From: Gemmatimonas sp.
GTDB taxonomy: Bacteria; Gemmatimonadota; Gemmatimonadetes; Gemmatimonadales; Gemmatimonadaceae
DNA length: 64,000 nt
Direction: 5' to 3'
NCBI GenBank assembly: GCA_965279375.1
Contig: OZ257156.1
Span: 3,296,001-3,360,000 of the forward strand
Below, piece after piece: positions 56,609 to 64,000 of this stretch. The number at the start of each line of letters is the position of its first letter. Position 1 is the first letter of the stretch. The position numbers and the translations under genes are program-made. The notes beneath the pieces are model-generated. The model was not told the origin of the DNA, did no database searches, and saw only the letters and a program-made list of their open reading frames with translations.

Positions 56609-58266
56609 TGCGATGGAAGAGTGTGCGCCGTGGAGCGGCGTCGGCGGCGGGTGCTGCGGCATTGGCGCTCGTGGCAGCGTGTGGCAAGTCGGAGTCGTCG
56701 GCGAGCACGCCCGCGGCCGCCGCTGCTTCCGGTGCATCCAACGAGCTGCTGATCGTCGGCTACGATCGCGAGCCCGACACGATGAATCGCTACGCCACGC
56801 ACATTCTCGAAGACATTCAGACGTGCGTGATCGAAGGGCTCGTCACCAGCGACGAGCACATGCAGGTGGTGCCCGTGCTCGCCACTGAGATTCCCACGGT
56901 GGCCAACGGCGGCGTGAAGATGCGCGCCGACGGTGGGATGGATGTGACGTGGAAGCTGCGCCCTGGAGTGAAGTGGCACGATGGCGTACCGCATACTTCG
57001 GCCGACGTGAAGTTCACCGTCGATGCCATGATCAAGGGCGACTGGAAGCCGGAGAGCACAGACGGCTTCGATCGCATTTCGTCGGTGGATACCCCCGATT
57101 CGTTGACGGCGGTCGTGCATTACAAGGAAGTGTATGCGCCGTATCAGATGCAGTTCGCGCGCGGCACGCTCCCCAAGCATGTGCTGCAAGGACGCGATAT
57201 CGACAAGGCGGGCGACTACAATCGCAATCCGCTGGGCACTGGCCCGTATCGCGTGGTCGAGTGGAAGACCGGCGAGCACGTCCTGCTCGAGAAAGTGAAG
57301 GACTACTGGCGAGGCCCCGAGTTCCCGAAGATCAATCGCATTCTATTCCGTTTTGTCACCAACACCAACACGCGCATCAACCAGCTCAAGAGCGGGGAAG
57401 TGCACATGGTCGCGTTGGTGGCGTGGGATAAGGTGCGCGAGCTCAAGGACATGCCGTCGATCCGCTTGAATCGCGTGATCGGCAACGGCTACGAGCACGT
57501 CTCGCTCAACGAGAAGCACTTCCCAGCCTTCGCCGATGTGCGCGTACGCCGCGCGCTCGCTCACGCCATCGATCGCGAGCAGATCACGGAGAAGATGCTC
57601 GACGGACTGGTGTCGGTGGTGAACGGGCCCATTCAGCCCCTCTCCTGGGCCTACGAGTCGAATGTGCAGAAGTACGAGTTCCGGCCCGCGTACGCGCGCG
57701 CTTTGCTCGACTCGGCGGGGTGGGTCGTCGGCGCTGACGGCGTGCGCGCCAAGGATGGCAAGCCGCTGGCCTTCACGCTGATCACGCAGGCGGGGTTCAC
57801 TATTCGTGAGAACGTCGCGCAGGTGCTGCAGAAGCAGTTCAAGGACGTCGGCGTGAACGCGACCATCAAGCTCATCGACGGGACGTCGATCAGTAGTGTC
57901 TGGTTCGCCGGCGACTTCGACGCGATGCTGCATTGGTGGCAGTCGGGGGCCGATCCCGAGATCACGCTGTTCTTCGCCTCCGATCGCACGCCGCCCGCTG
58001 GACGGAACATCAACAACTTCGCCGACGACTCGCTGACGAAGCTGTTGTATGCATCCGATCGCACCGCCGATCAGGCAAAGCGTGGCGCGCTGCTCAAGCT
58101 GGCGCAGAAGCGCGTGGCGGAGTTGGTACCGGAGCTCGTGCTGTACAACACGGCCAAGTTCGACGCGATCCCGATGGCGATGCTCAACTTCAAGGGCAAT
58201 CCCACCAATGCCGGACCCTTTTGGAACGTGCATGAGTGGTACTTCGCGGGGCCGAAAGCGCAGTGA
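56605..58266 (+). CDS. Peptide/nickel ABC transporter substrate-binding lipoprotein (family 5)
   Basis: LVAAC lipobox; PVLATEIP, LRPGVKWHDGVPHTSADVKFT, PLGTGPY and DVRVRRALAHAIDR motifs. Confidence 0.92.
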   Translation: MMRWKSVRRGAASAAGAAALALVAACGKSESSASTPAAAAASGASNELLIVGYDREPDTMNRYATHILEDIQTCVIEGLVTSDEHMQVVPVLATEIPTVANGGVKMRADGGMDVTWKLRPGVKWHDGVPHTSADVKFTVDAMIKGDWKPESTDGFDRISSVDTPDSLTAVVHYKEVYAPYQMQFARGTLPKHVLQGRDIDKAGDYNRNPLGTGPYRVVEWKTGEHVLLEKVKDYWRGPEFPKINRILFRFVTNTNTRINQLKSGEVHMVALVAWDKVRELKDMPSIRLNRVIGNGYEHVSLNEKHFPAFADVRVRRALAHAIDREQITEKMLDGLVSVVNGPIQPLSWAYESNVQKYEFRPAYARALLDSAGWVVGADGVRAKDGKPLAFTLITQAGFTIRENVAQVLQKQFKDVGVNATIKLIDGTSISSVWFAGDFDAMLHWWQSGADPEITLFFASDRTPPAGRNINNFADDSLTKLLYASDRTADQAKRGALLKLAQKRVAELVPELVLYNTAKFDAIPMAMLNFKGNPTNAGPFWNVHEWYFAGPKAQ

Positions 58267-58299
58267 CCCTGCGTTCCGCAGCGGCTCACTGACCCGCTC

Positions 58300-59259
58300 G
58301 TGCTGCGATTCGTAGCGCGCCGCTTGGCGCAGGCCGTGCCGTTGCTACTGGTGGTCTCACTCCTCGTGTTCGCGCTCATTCACGCGGTGCCGGGCGGCCC
58401 ACTCTCGCTCTACCTCGAAAACCCGAACGTGCGTCCGCAGGACATCGAGCGTCTGCGACGCGCGATGGGACTCGATCGCTCGTTGGCTGCGCAGTACTGG
58501 TCGTGGCTCGTGGCATTCGTGCGCGGCGACTGGGGGTACAGTTACGCTGATGGTCGGCCGGTGCTCGAGCGCATCGCGGAACGCATTCCGGCGACGCTGC
58601 AGCTCGTCGCTACCTCCACGGCCGCCGCGGTCGTCGTCGCGCTGACCGCGGCATTGCTCAGCGCACGCCATCGCCTCGCGGACCGCGTCGGCATGTTGGT
58701 AGCCGTCGCTGGCATTTCGCTCCCCGTCTTCTGGTTCGGTCTCGTCCTGCAACTCGTCTTCAGCAGTTGGCTGGGGTGGCTCCCCTCGTCGGGGCGCGCG
58801 TCGTTCAGCGCGATCGCCACGGGAGGATCGCTGGTTGATCGGCTGCAGCACCTCCTGTTGCCGGCCACGGTGTTGGCCGGGGCGCACGCGGCGGGGTGGA
58901 TGCTCTATCTGCGAGGTTCGCTCCGAACGACACTCGCCATGCCGCTCGTGCCGGCAGTGCGAGCCCGCGGCGTGGGCGAGACGCGCATTCTGTTGCAGCA
59001 CGCACTGCGCTTGTCGCTGCTTCCGTTTCTCACCGTCGTGCTGCTCGATGCGTCGATCATGGCATCGGGCGCTGTGGTCACTGAAAGTGTGTTCGCGTGG
59101 CCGGGCATCGGCAGTCTGTTCACCGAAGCACTCGCCAAGCGCGACTACACCGTGCTGATGGCGTTCCTCATGTGCGCCACGATCGCCGTCGTGATGCTCA
59201 GTGCGATTGCCGACATCGCGGTCCATGCACTCGATCCGCGCACGCGGTCGGCCGCGTGA
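58300..59259 (+). CDS. Peptide ABC transporter permease (DppB/OppB-like)
   Basis: MLRFVARRL, GDWGYS, RIPATLQL, SLPVFW, ARGVGE...HALR, ESVFAWPGIG and DPR motifs. Confidence 0.92.
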   Translation: MLRFVARRLAQAVPLLLVVSLLVFALIHAVPGGPLSLYLENPNVRPQDIERLRRAMGLDRSLAAQYWSWLVAFVRGDWGYSYADGRPVLERIAERIPATLQLVATSTAAAVVVALTAALLSARHRLADRVGMLVAVAGISLPVFWFGLVLQLVFSSWLGWLPSSGRASFSAIATGGSLVDRLQHLLLPATVLAGAHAAGWMLYLRGSLRTTLAMPLVPAVRARGVGETRILLQHALRLSLLPFLTVVLLDASIMASGAVVTESVFAWPGIGSLFTEALAKRDYTVLMAFLMCATIAVVMLSAIADIAVHALDPRTRSAA

Positions 59260-59286
59260 AACTGGTGATGCCCGCGTGAGCGCGCG

Positions 59287-60168
59287 ATGAGCGGCAGCGT
59301 CTCCACGTCCGGCTTTGCGTCCGCCTCGTCGCGGTCGAAGGCGTCGCGCATCACCACACTGCGCACCGCATCGTTCGTACTGGGCGCGCTGCTCATCGCG
59401 GCGCTCTGTGCGCCGATCGTCGCGCCGTACGCAGCGGACGCGGTCGATCTCGCCAACCGTCGCGCGGCGCCGTCCGCCACGCACTGGTTCGGCACTGACG
59501 AACTCGGTCGCGACTTGCTCACGCGCGTGCTCTTTGGCGCGCGCATCTCGCTGGCGATCGGTTTGCTGTCGGCTGCGGTAAGTGCGGGCATCGGCGTGTT
59601 GATTGGCGCGACGGCTGGATACGCTGGCCGCTGGGTCGATGCGCTGTTGATGCGATTCACCGAGGCGATGCTCTCAGTACCGCGCCTGCCGCTGCTCATG
59701 ATCGCCGCTGCAGTGCTCGCACCCAGCGTTCCGCTCCTGATTCTGCTGGTGGGCCTGCTCGGGTGGATGGAGACGGCGCGTGTGATGCGCGCCGAGGTGC
59801 AGTCGCTGCGCGCTCGTGATTTCGTGTCGGCGGCGCGCGCGGTCGGTGCGCCGTCGGCGCGGATCGTCTGGCGTCATATCCTGCCCGGCGTCGTTCCGTC
59901 GGCGGCCGTTGCCGTCACACTGGCGGTCGGACGGGGGATCCTGCTCGAAAGCGCGATGAGCTTCTTCGGCGTGGGTGTTCAACCGCCGACGGCGAGTTGG
60001 GGGAACATGCTCTATCAGGCGCAGTCCACCATGAGCTCCGAGCCTTGGCTGGGCATCTTCCCGGGTGCGTTCATCTTTCGCACGGTGCTGTGCTGCAACC
60101 TGATCGGAGACGTGCTGGCCCGGGACCGACGGTCCGGCCCCTCGGTGTCACAAAGCACATCGCGTTGA
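59287..60168 (+). CDS. Peptide ABC transporter permease (DppC/OppC-like)
   Basis: HWFGTDELGRD, GARISL, DFVSAARAVGA...RHILP, ESAMSFFG, PPTASWG and NLIGD motifs. Confidence 0.92.
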   Translation: MSGSVSTSGFASASSRSKASRITTLRTASFVLGALLIAALCAPIVAPYAADAVDLANRRAAPSATHWFGTDELGRDLLTRVLFGARISLAIGLLSAAVSAGIGVLIGATAGYAGRWVDALLMRFTEAMLSVPRLPLLMIAAAVLAPSVPLLILLVGLLGWMETARVMRAEVQSLRARDFVSAARAVGAPSARIVWRHILPGVVPSAAVAVTLAVGRGILLESAMSFFGVGVQPPTASWGNMLYQAQSTMSSEPWLGIFPGAFIFRTVLCCNLIGDVLARDRRSGPSVSQSTSR

Positions 60169-60200
60169 GTACTCCCGCGAGATGCGGTTAGCTTTCCGGC

Positions 60201-61415
60201 ATGACAGATCTCTCCCGCCAGCCTGTGATCGTCGGCGCCGCGCGCACGCCGATCGGACGGTACCTTGGGGGGCTCGCCCCTCTCTCCGCGCCCGAACTTG
60301 GCGCCATCGCTATTCGTGCCGCGCTGCAGCGCTCCGGTGTGTCGCCGGACGATGTGCAGGAAGTCATCATGGGGCACGTGCTGCAGGGTGGCACGGGACA
60401 AGCGCCCGGGCGCCAGGCCATGCTCAAGGCCGGCGTGCCTGCAACTGTCTCAGCGGTCACCATCAACAAGGTGTGTGGCTCGGGACTCAAGGCCGTCATG
60501 CTCGCCGCGCAATCCATCAAGGCGGGTGACGCGCAGGTGATCATCGCCGGCGGACAGGAGTCGATGTCCAACGCACCGCACTACGTGTACGGCATGCGCG
60601 GCGGCATCAAGATCGGCGACCAGACGATGGTCGACGGCATGATCAAGGACGGCCTCTGGTGCGGCACCTGCAACGTGCACATGGGTTCGCACGCCGAGTA
60701 CACGGCGCGCAAAGCGAACGTGACGCGCGCGCAGCAGGACGAGTTCGCGGCCGCATCGCATCGCAAGGCCGTTGCCGCGCAGACCGCGGGCAAGTTCGAT
60801 GCGGAGATCGTGCCGGTCGAGATTGCCGGACGCAAAGGCCCCACGATCATCAGCGTCGATGAAGGCCCGCGCGCCGATACCACACTCGGCTCGCTCGCCA
60901 AGCTGCGCCCCGCGTTCCCCGACAAGAACACCGACCCCGCAGAGCTCACGGTCACGGCGGCCAATGCGTCGTCGCTCAACGACGGTGCCGCTGCAGTGGT
61001 TGTGACGAGCGAAGCGTATGCTCGCGAGCACGGCCTCAAGATTCTCGGGCGCATCACTGGCTACGCCACCGGTGCCGGCAACCCGCAGGATCTGTTCTTC
61101 GCGCCGATCACCGCCGTGAACAACCTGCTCAAGAAGACCGGCACCACGATCGGCGACTACGATCTCATCGAAGCCAACGAGGCCTTCGCGTCGCAGTCCA
61201 TCGCCGACGGCAACGGTTTGGGGTGGGACTTCGACAAGGTCAACGTCAACGGCGGCGCGATCGCGCTGGGGCACCCCATCGGTGCCAGCGGCGCGCGCGT
61301 GCTGGTCACGCTGCTGCATGCGTTGGCTGATCGTCAGCTGTCGCGAGGCCTCGCAACGCTGTGTCTTGGTGGTGGTGACGCCGTCGCGCTGTCCGTGGAG
61401 CGGGTCGTCGAGTGA
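60201..61415 (+). CDS. Acetyl-CoA C-acetyltransferase (thiolase)
   Basis: [40 protein letters not shown] and LCLGGG motifs. Confidence 0.95.
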   Translation: MTDLSRQPVIVGAARTPIGRYLGGLAPLSAPELGAIAIRAALQRSGVSPDDVQEVIMGHVLQGGTGQAPGRQAMLKAGVPATVSAVTINKVCGSGLKAVMLAAQSIKAGDAQVIIAGGQESMSNAPHYVYGMRGGIKIGDQTMVDGMIKDGLWCGTCNVHMGSHAEYTARKANVTRAQQDEFAAASHRKAVAAQTAGKFDAEIVPVEIAGRKGPTIISVDEGPRADTTLGSLAKLRPAFPDKNTDPAELTVTAANASSLNDGAAAVVVTSEAYAREHGLKILGRITGYATGAGNPQDLFFAPITAVNNLLKKTGTTIGDYDLIEANEAFASQSIADGNGLGWDFDKVNVNGGAIALGHPIGASGARVLVTLLHALADRQLSRGLATLCLGGGDAVALSVERVVE

Positions 61416-62334
61416 TCGCACGACCGCGGGGCGGTGGGTTGCCGCTCGCGGATGCACCGACGTGGCTGTACGCGGCGCCGGGTCAGTTGCGCGCGCCGTT
61501 TCGCTTGATGTGTTTCGGCGCAGCGCTGTTTCTCGCGCAGGGCATCGCCGAGTCGTTCCTCGGCCCGCCTTCGCCGCGCTCTCGGAGTTGGTGGGAGAGC
61601 CGATTGCGGCGTACCCGTGGATGATGCTCGCCGGTGTGCTCGGCGCACTTGGCGTCGCGCTGCGCCTCGTGGACGACAGGCCGTGGACCGATATCGGGCT
61701 TGACTGGCGCGCGTGGCGACCGCGTGCGATTGGCGTGGGTGCGGCGCTGGGTGGCGGTGCGATCGCCGTCACCGCGCTCCTGCTCTGGATCACGGGCGCG
61801 CTGCACGTCGAGGCCTCGCCGCTGCTCGACGGGGCCGCGTCCGTTGGTCGCGCGTGGAGCGGCACGGCGATGCGGCTGGCGATCATGCTCGCACCCGCCG
61901 CGCTCTGGGAAGAACTGATCTTCCGAGGCTATCTCTGGCGCGTCATGCACGATGCAGGCGGCCCTCGCGTCGCGCTGTGGAGCAGCAGCGTCGCCTTCAG
62001 TTTTGTGCATCTGCTCAATCCGGGTGCTGGCGTGCGCGCTGGCGCGCTCGTGCTGCTCGCTGGCCTCTGTCTCGCGCTCTTGCGCGCGCATTTCGACAGC
62101 CTGCCCGCGGCCTGGGCTGGTCACGTCGCCTGGAACTGGACCATGGCCGCGCTGCTGCACGTTCCGGTGAGTGGGCTTCCCTTTGCAACGCCGGGCTATC
62201 GCGTCGTGCTCCAGGGTCCCGACTGGCTCACCGGCGGTACGTGGGGGCCCGAAGGCAGCCTCGCTGCAGCGCTGGTGATGATCGGCCTTCTCGTGTGGTA
62301 TCACCGCGCGTCGCGCGGACAAGCGATCCTGTAG
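61412..62334 (+). pseudogene. CPBP (CAAX/Abi) intramembrane metalloprotease with apparent 1-bp frameshift near 61564-61567
   Basis: The GTG at 61412 overlaps the thiolase stop and reads ...QLRAPFRLMCFGAALFLAQGIAESFLG. The hydrophobic continuation PAFAALSELVG...WEELIFRGY...FSFVH...H-x-x-WN...GPEG is in another frame. Confidence 0.7.
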
Positions 62335-62369
62335 CAATTCATTCTGCGATTCATGCAGCGATTCATCGA
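62334..62369 (+). repeat. Three 12-bp direct repeats upstream of hbd
   Basis: GCAATTCATTCT, GCGATTCATGCA, GCGATTCATCGA. Confidence 0.65.
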
Positions 62370-62390
62370 TGATCCGGAGAGACTGATTCC

Positions 62391-63254
62391 ATGAGTGCAA
62401 TCACGACCGAACGCGAGCGTATTGCCGTTGTCGGGGCAGGGCAGATGGGCAACGGCATCGCGCATGTGTTCGCGGCCGCCGGCCACGAGGTCACGATGAT
62501 CGATGTGAGCATCGAGGCGCTCAGCCGTGGCAAGGAGACGATCGCGCGCAACCTGGATCGTCAGGTGAAGAAGGGCACGCTCACGAGTGATGACGCCGCG
62601 GCCGTGCTCGCGCGCGTGCACACCGAACCGTCGTTGGACGCGGCGTCGCAGGCGACGCTTATCGTCGAAGCGGCCACCGAACGCGTCGATCTCAAGTTCC
62701 GCATCTTCGAAGATCTCGACCGCATCGCGCCGGCGGGTGCAATTCTCGCATCGAACACCAGTTCGATCGCCATCACCGAAATCGCCGCACGCACCAAGCG
62801 CCCCGAGCAGGTGATCGGCATGCACTTCATGAATCCGGTGCCGGTGATGCAGCTGGTCGAAGTCATTCGCGGACTCGCCACGTCCGATGCCACCACGCAG
62901 CACGTCATGGCGTCGGCCAAGGCGCTCGGCAAGACGCCGGTGGAAGTGAACGACTTCCCGGGTTTCGTGGCCAATCGCATCCTGATGCCGATGATCAATG
63001 AGGCGATCTACTGCGTCATGGAAGGCGTCGGCACCCCCGAGGCGATCGACACGGTGATGAAGCTGGGCATGAATCATCCCATGGGACCGCTCACACTCGC
63101 GGACTTCATCGGACTCGATACCTGCCTCGCCATTCTCGAAGTCTTGCACAATGGCTTGGGCGATCCGAAGTACCGCCCGTGCCCGCTGCTCCGAAAGTAT
63201 GTCGCCGCTGGTTGGTATGGCCGAAAGAGCGGTCGCGGCTTCTACACGTATTAG
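62391..63254 (+). CDS. hbd: 3-hydroxybutyryl-CoA dehydrogenase
   Basis: [42 protein letters not shown] and [15 protein letters not shown] motifs. Confidence 0.93.
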   Translation: MSAITTERERIAVVGAGQMGNGIAHVFAAAGHEVTMIDVSIEALSRGKETIARNLDRQVKKGTLTSDDAAAVLARVHTEPSLDAASQATLIVEAATERVDLKFRIFEDLDRIAPAGAILASNTSSIAITEIAARTKRPEQVIGMHFMNPVPVMQLVEVIRGLATSDATTQHVMASAKALGKTPVEVNDFPGFVANRILMPMINEAIYCVMEGVGTPEAIDTVMKLGMNHPMGPLTLADFIGLDTCLAILEVLHNGLGDPKYRPCPLLRKYVAAGWYGRKSGRGFYTY

Positions 63255-63272
63255 ACGGACCTGACTCCAGAC

Positions 63273-64000
63273 ATGTCGCTGCTCCCGCTGACCGAAACAC
63301 AGAAGGAAATTCAGCTGCTCGCGCGCTCGTACGCGCAGCGTGAACTCGCCCCCAAGGCCGCACAGCGCGATCGGGACTCGTTCTTCGATCCGCAGATGGT
63401 CGCGCAGCTCGCCGAGCTGGGCTTCTTCGGCATGCTCACGCCGGAGAAGTACGACGGCTTGGCGCTCGACGTGACCAGCTATCTGCTCGCGCTCGAGGAG
63501 ATCGCCGTGGGCGACGCGTCCGCCGCCGTGCTGCTGAGTGTGCACAACTCGCTGCCGACGCAAATGCTGATGAGCTTCGGCACCGAGGCGCAGAAAGACC
63601 GCTACCTTGCGCCGATGGCGCGTGGCGAGACGCTTGGCGCGTTCATGCTCTCCGAAGCGGATGCTGGCTCCGACGCTGGCTCGTTGCGTACGCAGGCCGT
63701 GCGCGATGGCGACGATTGGATTCTCAACGGCACCAAGGCCTGGGTCTCGCACGGCAGCGAGGCCGGTGTGCTGCTCTGCATGGCGCGCACCGACACACCC
63801 GACGCGCGGAAACGGAGTGGCATCTCCACGTTCATTCTGACGCCGGATCTCCCGGGCTTTCAGCTGGGGAAGAAAGAGAACAAGATGGGACTCCGTGCCT
63901 CGCCCACGCTGCAGATCATGCTCGACGGCTGCCGCGTGCCCGGCGACCGACTGCTTGGCGAGGTAGGCAAGGGCTTCACGTACGCGCTCGGTTCGCTCGA
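63273..64000 (+). CDS. Acyl-CoA dehydrogenase (partial, runs off window end)
   Basis: Manual translation from ATG 63273 is open to the end: LAELGFFG, LEEIAVGDAS, SVHNSL, FGTEAQK, GAFMLSEADAGSD, LNGTKAWVS and KMGLRAS motifs. Confidence 0.93.
   Translation, partial: MSLLPLTETQKEIQLLARSYAQRELAPKAAQRDRDSFFDPQMVAQLAELGFFGMLTPEKYDGLALDVTSYLLALEEIAVGDASAAVLLSVHNSLPTQMLMSFGTEAQKDRYLAPMARGETLGAFMLSEADAGSDAGSLRTQAVRDGDDWILNGTKAWVSHGSEAGVLLCMARTDTPDARKRSGISTFILTPDLPGFQLGKKENKMGLRASPTLQIMLDGCRVPGDRLLGEVGKGFTYALGSL

Overview
High-GC bacterial chromosomal segment, most consistent with Gemmatimonadota (Gemmatimonas-like). That placement is inferred from high GC together with Bacteroidota-type SusC/SusD, DUF2723, DUF4159/DUF4175 and Big_5 genes. 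The window is densely coding: about 50 CDS and two tRNA-Ser genes, with no transposase, integrase, prophage or CRISPR array seen. Housekeeping genes are ispE, pdxJ, mce, trxA, rsmI, gltX, purN, purH, gmhB-like, valS, thrS and thiolase/hbd/acyl-CoA dehydrogenase. Poorly understood modules lie between them: (1) a DUF4178-DUF350-membrane spermidine synthase-Tat amine oxidase cluster; (2) a SusC/SusD pair coupled to an exported cyclophilin; (3) a DUF4159-DUF4175-TPR-GATase-like-JAB/DinG operon; (4) a secreted BNR + Ntn-hydrolase + PEBP trio; (5) an ECF sigma/Ser-Thr kinase pair followed by a TMEM260-like GT-C; (6) a degenerate GGDEF protein with an intact I-site coupled to thrS; (7) a DUF885 pair with a Gfo/Idh/MocA enzyme and a peptide ABC importer lacking ATPases. 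The strongest cross-window signal is enrichment of the Bacteroidota-type O-glycosylation sequon D-S/T-(A/I/L/V/M/T) in exported proteins, alongside a candidate protein O-mannosyltransferase. One gene (a CPBP protease) carries an apparent 1-bp frameshift. Family calls come from motif recognition by eye, not from database searches.
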